Assembly: GCF_036321535.1 (NCBI RefSeq)
Contig: NC_087437.1
Span: forward strand, 111,912,001-111,976,000
Direction of reading: 5' to 3'
DNA: 64,000 nt
DNA from: Camelus dromedarius
Lineage: Eukaryota
Shown here piece by piece: positions 37,951 to 51,411 of the stretch. Within the stretch, counting starts at the first letter, position 1, and every line of letters starts with the position of its first letter. Both the position numbers and the translations under genes were made by a program. A model generated the notes under the pieces. That model was not told the origin of the DNA. It made no database searches and saw only the letters and a program-made list of their open reading frames with translations.

Positions 37951-39399
37951 CTTTCTAGGTTCTCATCAGAGTGATTCAAATTGCTGCTCTACTGCCTTCT
38001 ACCTCTTTCTTTTTCTTATCTAAATAGCCTATGACAGTTTAGGGACCAGTTTCCTAGTGCTTACAAAAGTCTCTGGAATTGTTTGAATGAAGAGGTGATG
38101 GAAGAGAAAAATCAGAATTCTTGTACATCCCATGTTCTGTTACTTAGTTGACCTAAGGGTGATCTCTCCATTGCTTTCTTGGCTTTGTCACCTTCTTTTG
38201 TCATTTTTTGGTGAAAGTGGGAACCTTAGCACATAGAACTTCTTACTTCTAGTTATAGTGGAGAATCACTCTCTTTTTATTTTTAGTGGATATTTATTGA
38301 AATTGTAAAACTAACGTGGTCACATTCCATAAAGATTGAAAACCAGAAAAACAAAGCACATCACCATTTCTCCACATTGTGAAACTGTCGCTGAGAGGGT
38401 TACACAGTCTTTGCCCCATCAGAGGATTAGCTGCTCCCTTGTGGCTGGAATGAGGTATTTTCACTTAAACCAAAGAATTACAGGGGTATATGAACTTTCA
38501 GAACACTGGCTTCTCAAAATACAAATGCATTTTCTTTATAAAATAAGATCAATGTTTTGGCTTTAAAGAATAGAGATGTCTGTTGGTGCAGTAAATATGA
38601 GATTTAGTTTAAAAAACAAAAATAAATAAATAAAAAAGGGAGACTTGTCTCAGTTTTTATGGTATCATTAAGTACATAATGCGCCTTGTATAGACTGAAG
38701 TAACAGCCACAGATCTTGTGTCCTATTAGAATGCATTTCCGAATGTCTGGGATAATTTCCCATGATAGTACAGGAGGGATGAAAACAGCCAAGGTGGTGG
38801 TTGTGACATCAAGATTGGTTGGTCTTCTATGTGGTCTAGGACCTGCCATTCCTGTGTCTCATGAGCCCCAGCTTTGGTCCACTTCAATGCTGGGTGTGCC
38901 CTGGAGCGTTGCTTCTTTGATGTGTGTGCATGGATTCTTGCTTCTGTGTATTTTGACATCCTTCATTTCCAACAGCTGTGGGATAAACACTTGCAGGCAA
39001 GGAGTGGTTTCATCCTGCAAGCCACCAGGATGCTTGCCAAAAGTTTCATGTTTTCTCATCCTGCGTGGAAAGCCTTTAAAAATGCTTAGTTTTCTTTCCT
39101 CTGATTTCCAACAGTCTTGCCCGCTGTTTTAGGAGACGTGGCTGGTGAATCTGGGTGTCCTGTTGGAACACTGTTTTTTCATGGGATTTAATTTCTCATT
39201 AAAAAAAAATGAACGTATGTTCCTTTCTTTTCTCTTTGTGATTAATAGCATTGACTCATATTTGTAACCCCTACACTCATCAAATTATGACTGGAGAGCT
39301 TTTGTTCAACATCTTTGATTCTAATCAAGTGGTTCCTGAGAACTGTTAAAATAGCAAGCTCTGAATGGAAAATAGAATCAGGAACTTAAATTATATTGA

Positions 39400-39526
39400 A
39401 TTCCTGGAATGTGAACTCCATGAAGATGGACATTTTGTTTTTTGGTCCATTTTGTTCACTGCTATCCTTTGCAGTGCTGGGAACATACTAGGCATTCGGT
39501 AAATATCTGTAGAGTAAATGAATGAG
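39400..39526 (+). mobile_element. L2 3' end
   Basis: ggaatgtgaactccatgaag...ttttgttcactgct...taggcattcggtaaatatctgtagagtaaatgaatga. Confidence 0.75.
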
Positions 39527-41079
39527 GAATCCAACAAAAAAGAATTATATACTTTGAATAATTCAATGTAGTCACGATTCAAATCCCTTTTCTCACTCTC
39601 TCATTGATTTTTAAGTGCGTGAAAGCTCTGTGACTTTGTCAAGTCTTAAATTTGATGAATCTCAGCTTTCTCATCCATAAAATAAACACATGATAACCTC
39701 AAAAGTCCCTTCCAAACCTAAACCTTTATCATGGCGTGTGATACACGTGTATCCATCTATCAATGATACTCTAACTGGTGCGCCTGCTACCAACCAGGAC
39801 CGCTACAGAAAAGATAGTTTCAAGTGGGAATTTTCCCCAGATGGTTGGGGATGGAGTTACTGGAGAATAAATGCACCATCTCCAGGTAACACCCTTGAAT
39901 GACAATATTAACTTGAACGTGTAGATTCCTTCCTTCCTTCTTCCCTTCCTTTCTTTAGTCTCAGGCTCTTAACTGATGGATACTCTCAATAAAATGAACT
40001 TGAAAATGACTCAAACAAAGCAATAAGGCATTTCCCCATTTTTCCATACTTAAAGTACAATACTTTCTTTGTGCTTTCAAACCTGGGGAAACAATATATA
40101 GCTTAAGTGGCGTAGAGTTCTGTTGGTCAGTGCCATTTTACTTGTTAGTATTAATGCATTGCCCTGAAAAATAAATTTTTAGACAATATACTGAATACAG
40201 TCATTTCATAAGTAGCTGAATATATTCTGCAATGAGTTTATTTTGCCTATTTTAAGACGACCTGAAGTGCTAGAGATTGTATTGCTTTTTACAGGTTGTT
40301 TTGTATTTTAATGGTTCTCACCTTCAAACATTTTCTATTTGCTTGGCTATTTCCATGTCATTATATTTTTCTCAACTAGTTCTTTCTTAATTCATTAAAG
40401 GAAAATATTTGAGCAGTCAGCCTCTTGACCTCTTGATATAATTTCTTTATGGTTGCTTAATCCTATATGTGAAAGATCCAGCCATTTGTCTGGTTACCTT
40501 TCTTAGTTATGTGTCTAGTTCCAATATATTAACATGGTATTTCAGCACTGAAATGTTGGGGAGATTGTAAAGACCCATCCACATAAGACGAATGGATCCT
40601 TGAGAAGAAAAAGAGGACATAAGGAGGAAAATGCTAAGATTCTCTGTTAAAAAAAAAAATGGTAAAAATATCTTGTGGGCCCAACACAGATGTTTTACTT
40701 TAAAATTGAAGGATAATTTAATTTTTCGATGTTGGTTCTACTTAGTCATCTACTTTTGTATGGAGATTTTTAAAAAGGAATAGAGAAATAGGAAACTAAA
40801 CATAGAAAGAGAGAAAGGAGGGAAGGAGGAGATGAGCTGGCTGTTGCTAAGGCGGGACCCCTTGCTTATCTGAGTGGAGGATGTTTCGGTGATGGAAGCT
40901 TTCCAATGACAGCAACTCGGAGGAGCCCCACCGTCCCTTCTTTCCTTCCAATCCTCTCCCAGTTTCACTTTCCTTCCTTCTTTCCAATTTTTTCCTCCCC
41001 TCTCAACTTCCTTTCTCCCTTCTTTCCCCGAATATTTCCCCACTTTTTCCTCTGGTGTGCCTGTAAGGTGTTACGTTAG

Positions 41080-41650
41080 TGACAACACAGACATGATACC
41101 TCATATGTGGAGCTGAGCCTCGTTTCGGGGAGGACAGAGACAGAGCAGCAAATCACATGATCTATTCTAACAAAGCCTGTGACAAAGGGGATGACAGCAG
41201 GACAAACTTAGTCTGAATGCGTCAGCAAAGAACTCGCTAAGAAAGTAAAATATGTACACTGAGACTTGAAGGATGAGCAGAAGTCATCCAAAAGTAAGGG
41301 GTGTGTTTGTGTGTGTGTGTGTGTGTATCTGTCTGTCTGAGGTGGGAGGGGAAGATGTTGTGTCCAGGCACAATGAGTAGCATGTGCAAAGGTCCTGAGA
41401 CGAAAAAGGCTGAAAGTTAGAGGAGCCAAAACGTGGTCAGAGTGGCCAGTTGGATGGGGGCAGGGCTGGTAATGATACTGCAGTGAGGACCAGCATAGGC
41501 AGAGCCTTTTGGGCTGTGTCAGTTATTTCAGATGCTGTCTAGACCATCCACAGGAATCCACTGAAGAGTGCTGAGTAGGAGTTTAATGTGATTTGAGTCT
41601 TAAGGAGACCTGAATAGTTTTGAGATTTTTCTGATCACCCTTTATGGAAT
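41080..41650 (-). mobile_element. L2 fragment with embedded (TG)n at about 41300-41326
   Basis: ctgagacttgaaggatgagcagaagtcatcca...gcatgtgcaaaggtcctgag motifs. Confidence 0.65.
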
Positions 41651-41699
41651 GGATGGCAGTTATCTGAGCTGACGAATGCCACGTGCACCCAACCAAAGT

Positions 41700-41905
41700 A
41701 TAGCTGTAGAGCATAATGGTTGGAGCCAACGAGTCAGATTCGAATCCCAGCTGCTGGTCTTGGACAAGGGAATTAAATTTTCTGTGCTTCCATTTCTTTA
41801 TTTGTAAAAGGAGGGTGAGAACAGTATCAATCCAAGGGCTGTTGTGAAGATTAACAAAGTGTAATGCCTGGCATATGGTAAGTATTCAATAAGCATTAGT
41901 CATTA
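41700..41905 (+). mobile_element. MIR SINE
   Basis: ttcgaatcccagct...ttggacaag...ctgtgcttccatttctttatttgtaaaa...gcctggcatatggtaagtattcaataa. Confidence 0.75.
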
Positions 41906-42209
41906 AGATGACCTATTCTCGAACTTTTCTCTTATAAGATACAGGCTGTCAATATGTAAAATTAAAAGACATTCAAAACACTTTCTAGGAAAAATAGCCC
42001 ATGTAGAATCCTTCAATAAAACAAGTAAGTAAACAAACAAAAACATTGTGTTATCTTTCTAGTTGGAAAAATCTTTCCAAATATGAGGTTGCTCAGCGCT
42101 GGGGACAATCGTGATGCCTGAGTCCTCCTCGAAGGTAGTGAACCAGCCCAGTCTTCCTACTTTAATGTATCCAGCAAATTTCAGAGTATCTCCAGTCTGC
42201 AAGTTACTG

Positions 42210-42770
42210 GTATTGGTTAAGGTGGTTTTGGTTGCAAGAGACAGAAGACTTCTACTCAATCAGCTTAAACCACGAAGCACTCTATGATTTTATGCAGTGA
42301 CAGATCCAAAGGCAGGGTGGCCCCAGCTCTGATGCTGTCTTTCTGGATTCCTGTGGATCCACCCCTTTCTCATGATGGCTTAATCTTCAGACTGGTGTCA
42401 AGATGGTGGCTTTCACTTCCTATATCTCGTCCAGACAGACAACATCCCTCCTAAGCAGTGGGATAATCTTTTCCTGGTGTCTCCTTTTAAGAGCAAGGAA
42501 ACCCTTCCCCAGTACTCCTCAGCAGAACCCCTCATGTCTCATTGACCACAAAATTCCCCCATGACTATGTTGGAACAAGTCATTGATGAGGAGAAGGGCG
42601 CCATCTTGATCAGCCTGGACTCCTTCTGGCCCACACCCGAGGGGCCCAGTCCCCTCTGAAGCACATGGACCAAGGGGTTAAGGGGAGACACATGAATCAA
42701 ATCAGGATTATGTCAGGAATGGGGAAGGAAGAAGTGCCTGAGGGTTAGGTCTCCAGCAGTGCCTGTGACG
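42210..42770. mobile_element. Old MaLR LTR (MLT1K-like)
   Basis: tttggttgcaagagacagaagac...cagcttaaacc...caagatggtggc...ctcatgtctcattgacca. Confidence 0.6.
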
Positions 42771-43061
42771 TAACTATAGGGCAAAACATTGCCTTGAAAA
42801 CCTCACACCCAGGGAGTGAGGTGGAGACACACACAGAGCCTGAACATTGATCAGGATGCAGTAGTTAATGAAACAGAGTTTTGATCAAAGGACATAGAAG
42901 TACGGGAGAAAACTGATTAATTCTTTCCCAGCTGGTCTCAGGGCTGGTGACAGTGTCCAGCTCATTGAAGAATAAGAGTCAGCTGAAACACAGCTTTCTT
43001 GGTAGAAAAAAAATGTTTTTAAATGTCTCTGAAACCAAAAATTTCCCCCCAATTTATTAAA

Positions 43062-43610
43062 AACATTTTTAAAATTGTGGTAAAATGCACATAATTTAAA
43101 ATTTACCATCTTAACCATTTTTAAGTGCATAGTTCAGTAGTGTTGAGTCTACTCACATTTGTCTACAACTAATCTCCAGAACTTTGCTATTTTGCAAAAC
43201 TGAAACTCTATATCCATTAAACACCGCCCCTCCTCCATTTCCTCCTCCCTCCAGCCCCTGGCGACCACCATTCTTCTTTCTGTTTCTATGAATTTGACTA
43301 TTCTAGATACTTCATGTAAGTGGAATCAGACAATATGTGTTCTTTTGTGTCTGGCTTATTTCACTTAGCATAACGTCCTCAAGGCTCATTCATCTTGTAG
43401 CCTGTGTCAAAATTTCCTTCCTTTTTAAGGTTAACATTCCATTATATTTATATATCACATTCTGTTTATCAAGTCATCCATGGATGAACACTTGGGTTGC
43501 TTCCACGTCTCAGCTATTGTGAATAACACTGCTATAAACATGAGTGTATAAATATTTCCTCAAGACTCTGCTTTCAGTTCTTTTGGATATATACCCAGAA
43601 GGGGAATTGT
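43062..43610 (-). mobile_element. L1M (L1MA/MB-like) 3' end
   Basis: aaattgtggtaaaatgcacataatttaaaatttaccatcttaaccatttttaagtgcatagttcagtag...tggatatatacccagaagg. Confidence 0.88.
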
Positions 43611-44249
43611 CAAGCTTGGTCTTTGAATCTCCTACCAGAGATGTGTGTCCTTATTGTAAATATATTAGTCGAAGGTGGATGTATGATTTGTATTTTAGAG
43701 TCTTACTGCCCAGTAACACGGGAGATGGTTAGATATTTTAGCCCCCGCTCTACTTACTGAATCGGTATCTGCAAGTCTTAGGGAATCCCCGGGTGACTCA
43801 AATGCACATCAAGATTTGAGAAACCCTGCCCTTAGTACATATTGCTTCCCTTCCAGGAATTTACGATCTGGTATATTTCGCTGTTTCTACTTTCATTCAA
43901 ATATTTGCTCTTCTCTCCTCTTTGTGCTACATACAAATCATTTACTTTCAGAGACTTCATATTTAACACTGCAGCTGCAGAGTTTTGTTTTTTGTTTTTT
44001 TTTTTCTTCTTCTTCTTTTTCCCATTGACTGTTTCATCTGCTGATAAAAGAGGCAGGAGTTCGATCGGCAGGAGTTAGTTCAGCAGGAATTAGAAAGGAA
44101 GACCCACGTAGAGGTGACTGCTAATTATGTCCCATCTTGAAGATTATTAGTTTAATACAGCAACAAAGAGAACAAACAAAAAAAGAGCATATTTTAGCTT
44201 TGGTTGAGAAGGGTAGGACCCAGGAAAACAGAAGTATGTGAAAAGAATT

Positions 44250-44900
44250 GCTAAGTGACTGATAAATAGGCTTAAGTTATTTAAACTGGCACTGAGCGCA
44301 GCTTAAACAGTATGTTTCGCATCATCTAAATTTCTAAATACCTGGAGTATATTTGTAAACATGGCAATCTAACATGTTATTGAACAGCACATTCATATTC
44401 AAATTAGCATAAATGAGGATTTAACAGCTGATTGCACAGTATGAATGATAGTACCTAATTGTCAAGTCGGAAAGTTGCGCAGATAACAGTGCTAATGCGA
44501 TCGGCGCGCAGCCGCAGTGATATGACTTACAGTAGCAAATCCGCGCATTTTAAGCTGGCTGCCCAAGTCCCCGTACATAAAAGAACGAGTCTGGATTAGG
44601 GCAACGTGGGCCAAATGGGCAGTCAGAAGGGAAAAGAAAGGGGAGAAGGAGGAACCGGGAGCTAGGTTTGAGCGGCGGTGTGAAACTTTTCTTTCCTCCG
44701 ACGACGCAGGGCTTCACCTCTTTTCTAACAGTCGTCAATGGGGCTCCCTGGCCATTCAGCGCTGTCCTTCTTCTAGGAAGCAATTGTTCAGAGGTGTGGC
44801 TCATTTCAGGCATTAATCTCCCCTGAATGGAGGCTGTGTTACCCATTCTGTCTTTGCCTGGAGCCTGCAGGCAGCTGGTCAGTGGAAAGTAACAATGACC
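44250..44900. promoter_or_regulatory. Putative conserved non-coding enhancer / micro CpG island
   Basis: Repeat-free; CpG cluster at 44465-44550 (gcgatcggcgcgcagccgc); octamer-like ATTAGCAT at 44403-44410. Confidence 0.45.
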
Positions 44901-45386
44901 ACAGGAGGAGAATTGGCAAATGCCTGGCTGCAGACGCGGCGTCCCAAACATTGACCTTGGTCATTTTCCTCCCAGGGTTGCTTGGCCCCTTGCAGCAGGA
45001 GCCTGGCTTTGCCAGGCTGCCATTGCAGGCAAGGTGGCAGCTACCTGCGGATTTGTCCCCTCCTGGTAACAGTTAGACCCAACAGGAAGTCACAATAAGG
45101 GCTGGAGACTGAGGCCAATGTGGACAAGGCTGCTGAGGGCAAAACACGAAAACAAAGCCCCGCATTTCAGGGAGGGGCTTTTCCAGCAGTGATTAGTGGC
45201 TACGTTCTCAGCGGGTCTGGTGGGTGATCTGAAGCCTGGGTGTTGGGAAGCGGCTATTCTTTTAGGCCAGCACAGCCTCCGGAATTGTCCATCCCACAGT
45301 CACCAGCCTGTGCTGTGTCAGCCAGGAGCACTAGGGACTCTTGGACTTGACGCGTTTGCAGGACAGTGAGAGGAGGAGAAATCTAA

Positions 45387-45523
45387 CAAATAATCCTGCC
45401 TTCTGTACACCCCTAGTGCCTTCTACACTCCCAGTCCCCCAGGGGAAAAATACATCCTTACCGTCATCCTTGTTCCAACCTCAGCACCATCTCCTTTCTC
45501 ATCCCATCTCCTCCTCCATCTTT
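45387..45523 (+). repeat. Left arm of a 137-bp inverted repeat
   Basis: Ungapped match to the reverse complement of 47255-47391; 19 mismatches in 137 nt (about 86%) by manual alignment. Confidence 0.93.
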
Positions 45524-45549
45524 GTCTACCTCCGCCTTTCTCTCTCTCA

Positions 45550-45705
45550 CCTATCCATTGTCTATCCATCGCCAATCATCTATCTATGTATCTATTAATT
45601 TATTATCTATCAATCATCCATCTATTAGTCATCTATTATTAATCTATATCATCTATCAATTTATCTATCTAGCTATCTGTATCTATCTGTTTATCTATCT
45701 ATCTA
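45550..45705. repeat. Degenerate (TCTA)n microsatellite
   Basis: Repeated tcta/tcat/tcca units. Confidence 0.85.
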
Positions 45706-46324
45706 ATACAGAAGAGCAGATTTGGTTGAGTACTGCTTATCACCTCCCTGATTAAACCATCAACAACTCCCCTTTGACAACAGAAAGCCCAAACTCTTTA
45801 CTACTACACTGCAAGTCTTTCATAATCTGTCCCACCTTGGTTTTTAAGCCTCTTCTTCCTTCCCTTCCTCCCTCCTTCCCTTCCTTTCTCCCTTCTTTTC
45901 TCTGAGGTGACAGTCTCGGGCTAGGCACAGGACATCCTGACACTCCCTCCCACTCACTTCCCACCGACTTCTCTTCATCCCCCCTCTCCCCGCCTCTCCA
46001 CCATCTCCATCACCACAAGAGATTGGTCTCAGGGCCTCGTTAGACCGCCCGTCTGCCCCCAGGTCTCCTGCTTTTTCTCCTCTCTCGGCCAGTCTTGGAG
46101 ACTTCCTCTCTAGAATGCCTGTCCCTTTGAACCCACATCCTGTGGCATGAACGGCTCCTTCTTTAGAGCTCCCTTTGTCAAGACCAAACATGGCTGCATC
46201 TCTCCGTAGACCAAGGGTTCTTTTCTCATTGTATCTCAGTGACTAGAAGCGTTTCCAGTTTAATAATAGGTGCATGTGTGGGAGGGGGCGAATAAGCCTT
46301 GACTGATACTTCCACCTGGATGGA

Positions 46325-46555
46325 AGTCAAGACCTTGGACTCTGGAGCCAGGCTGCCTGCTCAGTCCCACCTCGGCCACTCACTGGCTGTGCACCCTTGG
46401 TCCAGTTTCCTCAAGTCTCTGAGCCTCATTTTATCAACTGTACAGTGCCACTTGTTACAGGACATACCCCATAGAGTTGCTCTGAGGATTGAATAAGTGA
46501 GTGCATATGAAGTACTTAGAAGAGTGCTTAACTTACCATAGATGCTCAGTAAATA
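46325..46555 (+). mobile_element. MIR SINE
   Basis: ggactctggagccaggctgcctg...ctctgagcctcatttt...tgaggattgaataag...gctcagtaaata. Confidence 0.8.
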
Positions 46556-46969
46556 GACCATGAACTCCTGGAGGACAGGGACCCTTGTCTGGTTCATGGA
46601 TGGGTCACTGGTATCTAAGACTCTGCCTGGCATGGAACTGAATGGAGGGAGCTATAGTGATAACCGGATGTGAAAACTGGAGTTGGTGGAGCCTCCTGGC
46701 CTTTGCACCCATGTGGGCTGGAACAAGCCTTGGGTGATCAGCAAACCTCTTTTTTTTTTTTCTGTTTTCAATTTTATTAGGTAGAATTGTTACAATTTGA
46801 CTGCACTTGTACAATATATTGCATGTAAATACATATACACAATATATGCATATTTTAAAAATTTACATATATATATACTGTTCATTGCTTCTAAGAACAT
46901 TTAGAGCTTTAGCTTTTTAAGCTTACATAGTTATCAAAGGAATAAAGCCAACCACAAAACAAGAATTAA

Positions 46970-47125
46970 GTCAAAAAAATACATACATCCCGCTATTAAC
47001 AGCAACATTATTTATAACTGCCAGGGTATGGAAGCATCCTAAGGGCATATCAATAGATGAATGGATAAAGAAGATGCATTGTATATATATGTAATGGAGT
47101 ACAACTCACCCATAAAAACGAAGGG
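46970..47125 (+). mobile_element. L1 ORF2 3' internal fragment
   Basis: gcaacattatttataactgccagggtatggaagc...caatagatgaatggataaagaagatg. Confidence 0.75.
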
Positions 47126-47254
47126 TATTTTCCAGCAAACCTCTCTTTACTCTGCATTTGGAAAGACTGTGCCCTGGACTTTGCTATTTGGTTACTGTTG
47201 CCCCAGTTCACCAGGAAACACATCTCTCGTCATGCTGCCATTCAAGCATCATTG

Positions 47255-47391
47255 AAAGATGGAGGAGGAGATGGGCTGAGAAGGGAGATGGTGCTGAGGT
47301 TGGGATTGGGATGAGGATAGGGATACATTTTCCCCCTGAGGGACTGGGGGTGTAGAAGGCGCTAGAGGTGGACAGAAGGTAGGAGTATTTG
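47255..47391 (-). repeat. Right arm of a 137-bp inverted repeat
   Basis: Reverse complement aligns without gaps to 45387-45523. Confidence 0.93.
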
Positions 47392-48894
47392 ACACCCCGT
47401 GGTTTGAAATTGTTTTCAAGGGTGCCCTCCTCCAGCTCTCCATGCTGAAGATGTTTTCTTGCCCCTGCACAGATGGTTGTGTCACCTTGTCCACAAGGTC
47501 TTGACTTGTCCTCTCATGTTTAACTTGGTATGTCCTCCTGCATGGCTTTGCTAAGCCTTGTTTCATGCAGGGCACTTGTGATGCTTCTGTTTCCCTCACT
47601 TTTACACATGTTGGTTTCCCCTGACCCAGTCAAGGTATTTTGGTTACAAGTGCCTGCAACCAGCTCAAGGACTGTAAGGAAGACTAAAGGGTTGTGTGTG
47701 GTAGGGGTGGTTTACTGGAAGGAATCAGGAATATCTCAGAATCAATGGTCAGGAAAGGCTGTTGGAACCAGCAATGGGGACTGGTCACTGAGACCAGAGC
47801 CTCACAGAGCCCACAGGCAAGCATGCAAGAGGACTCGGCTGGATTGGTCTGGGGCAATGGGCTTTGGACATAGGTTACCCGAGAGCAGATTCCACTCCAG
47901 GCCAGGCCAGAGGAGAGAAGAGGTTTTAGGCTGCAGAAACAAGTCATCCCATCCCAGCATCCCCTGCTCTGACAGAAAGTTTGGAAAAGTTAGAGGGGGG
48001 TTACTTTGGGACTGAGTGAGAAGGGACCTTCACCCAATTTTCTTCTTCAGGCAAACCGAGGGGAAGGGCATGCGGGAAAAGAGACTCTAAAGGGATGGTT
48101 GTTAGGGCCTGGTGCAGCTGGGGTCCCCAGTCATGGGACATGGGACGTGGGACCCCACTTAAGTGCAGAAAGAAAGCCTGTGTTGGGTCCACCCTTGCAC
48201 ACAGCAAATCACAGTGCTAATTTGGAGACCAAAGGACTTGGGTGGGGCTGGAGTTGGGATGGAATTTGGGTGATGAGATGCCGGTGATGTGGGGCAGGGA
48301 TTCGTCTTTCCTCCTCTCCTCAAGCTCATATTACACATTTCATAGATAATTTTGCTCCCTGAGTTATAAAAGGCCAGTTCTTAATCCCAGGATAAATATG
48401 TTCATTTTAGGATTTTTGCATTGATAACAAATTGATGAAGACAAGCATCACTGCAAAAAATAGAGAGCCATGTTCCTTGATATTCACTCAGTTACAGCAA
48501 TTATAGGATTTCGTTTTATTCTTACTTTTCTATTGCAAATAGAATTGTTTTTCTGTTTGTTTTTGACATTTCTCTCTTTTCTTAAAAAATTAATAACTTT
48601 TTAAAGAGCATTCTTACATTCACAGAAATAGAATTGGTTTTTGTTGTAGCTTTTATGATTCCAATTTCACACACAGTGTCTACAATCTACACATTTGTAT
48701 TTGTGCTGTGATAAATTCCATTTAGTTTTACTTCTAAAATTTTTACACAGAAAAATAAAAATAAGACATTTTTAAAAAGTCAGTGATTCCTGAAGGCTTG
48801 TTTGGCAACAACACAGCTGTGGAGTTGGGAATGCGGAAACCCTCATTTGGACAGAATGCAGACAGTTTATTGTTCAGATTAGAACGATTCATGA

Positions 48895-51185
48895 AATCAA
48901 CCAAAATCATAAACAAAATATTAGCGAATAGAATACAGCAATGTATAAAAAGAAGAATATACTCTGACAAAGTGAGGTTTATCTAAGATATGGAATGTTT
49001 GTTGAGCATTCAAAAATCAATGTCATAAAGAAGAAAAAAACCTTATGACCATACTAATAAATGCAAAGGAAACATTTGATGACTTCTAACACCCATCCAG
49101 TATATAAGAAAAAAAGTTAAAACAACAATAAACACAAAAAGCTCTCAGCAAAACAGAAAATCAAGGAAACTTCCTCTCTCTAATAAGCAGTATCTATTGA
49201 ACACTTAGAGCTAACATCATACTTAATGGTGAAATGTTGGATGATTTTCCTCTACACTCAAGGTAAGGATGTTCACCCTCAACACTTCTATTCTATGGTG
49301 CAGTAGAAGACCAAGCCAGTGCAATAAGGTAAGAGCAAGAAATAAAAGGCATAAAGAGCAGGAAGAAAGAAGTAAAACTATCTTTATTCACAGTTGACAT
49401 CATTGCGTACATGAAATACCCAAAGGAATCTATAAAGTGCTAGAATTTTTTTAGTGAATTTAGTAAAGTTGCAGGATACAAGGTCAATGTGTAAAGATTA
49501 AATTGTATTCTCTATACAGGCAACAAAGGGTGGGAAAATAAAATTAAAATGCACTACTTAAAGTAACCCAAGAGTCAAATACTAGAAATAAATTTCAGCT
49601 TAATGAAAGATGTGCAAGACCTCTACACAGAAATTTATAAAATATTGCTGAGACAAATTAGAGACATCTTAAATAAATGGGGAGATACACTATGTTCACA
49701 CACTGGAAGATCTAATATGTTAAGTTGTCAGCTTTACTCAAATTTATCAATAGAGTATATGTAATCCCCAGCAGGGATTTTTGTAGAAATGAATAGGCTA
49801 GTTCTAAAAATTATGCAAAGGATCTAAAATACCCAAAGCAACTATGAAAAAAAGAACAAAGTTGGAGGAGTTATGACAGCTGATTTTAAGACTTACTAAA
49901 AATCTATAGTAATCAAGACAGTGTACTATAGGTGTAAGGATAAAAAATAGATCAGTGGAACAGGGTAAAGAGTACAGAAACAGATCCACAGTGATTATTG
50001 GGCAACACATAGACACATGGTCAATTGATTTTTGACAAAAACGCCAAAGCAATTTATTGTGGAAAGGCAAATAAATCACATGTCAGTAAATGTCAAGGGA
50101 AAACGATGGAAAAACTGTTATCGGCAGTGGAAAAAATTAACTTTGACTCCTACCTCACACTACATGTATAAATTAGTTTGAAGCGGAAATTTTAAAAACA
50201 TAGGTGAATATCTTCACTATTTGGGCAGGCAAAGATTTCTTAAGAAGTCACCCAAAGTACTACCAATAAAAGCAAACATTCACACACTAGACTTTATCAA
50301 AATTAAATACTTCTCATCAAAAGAAATATCATTAAGAAAATGAAAAGTCAAGCTTTAGATTGGGAGGAAATATTTAAGAAATATATATCTGAAAAAGACT
50401 TCTGGAATATATAAAGAATTCCCACCAAGCAATAATAAAAAACCCAATTCGTAAAAAATGGACAAAAATCTTTAAAAAGCACTTTCAAAGGAAGACACCT
50501 GAATAGCCAAGAAATAGATGAAAAGGTGTTCAATGTCATTAGGCAACAGGGGAATACAAACCAAAACCAAAATGAGATACCACAACACACTTATCCGAAT
50601 GTCTAAAATTATAAGACTGACAATATCAAGTGTTGACAATGATACACTGTTGGTGAAAATATAAAATAGTATAATTTTAGTTAAACATGCATCTAATTTA
50701 TAAGCCAGAAAATCCACTTTTGGGTATATACCCAAGAGACATAAACATATATTCCACAAAAAGATGTGTCCAAGAAAGTTCATGATAGTGTTATTCATAA
50801 TAGCTGGGAACATCAACAAGAAAATGGATAAATAAATTACAGTATATTTTTATAATGGAATATTACTCATCAGTCAAAAGGAACAAACTCCTGATACGGG
50901 CAACAAGCAATGGATGAATCTGAAAAACCTTATATTGAGCACAAGAAGTCAAACACTAAAGAATACTAACTCTATGATTCTATTAATACAAAGTTCAAGA
51001 ACAGGCAAAACTGATTTACGGTAATAGAAGTCAGAATAGGGCTGAGTGATTGGAAAGAGGCACTGGGGAATTTTCTGGAATGATGGAAAGGTGCTCTATC
51101 TTGCACTGGGTGATAGTTATATGGGTTCACATTTGTCAAAATTCAAAGAGCAGTAGACTTAAGATGTGGGCATCTGACATTATCA
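48895..51185 (+). mobile_element. Old L1M ORF2 (RT region to 3' UTR), heavily degenerate
   Basis: KIINKILANRIQQCIKR peptide; gaatttagtaaagttgcaggatacaaggtcaa, aagatgtgcaagacctctacac, aagttggaggagtta; 3' UTR atggatgaatctgaaaaac. Confidence 0.9.
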
Positions 51186-51411
51186 AGGAGTACTGTCAGC
51201 ACAGAAGAAAGAAAGAGGCCGAAAGAGAGAGTAAGAGAGAGAAGTGTATTCCAGGAGTTTGGGCTCTTAACATTAATCAAGTAACAGAAAATGAAAACAG
51301 CCCTTTCCCCTCTTAGATTCATTCTAAACATACAAAATAAACTGTGAAGTCTCGATCCTATGACTTTTGGGTCTTGGTTGTCTTAAACTTTCTTTTAAAA
51401 AGTAAGCAGGG

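Noticed and set aside
44550..44951. 133-aa minus-strand ORF over the CpG-rich block
   Set aside because: Non-ATG start and no recognisable homology; the region looks regulatory rather than coding.
47530..48015. 161-aa ORF
   Set aside because: Overlaps old LTR-like sequence; no recognisable protein features.
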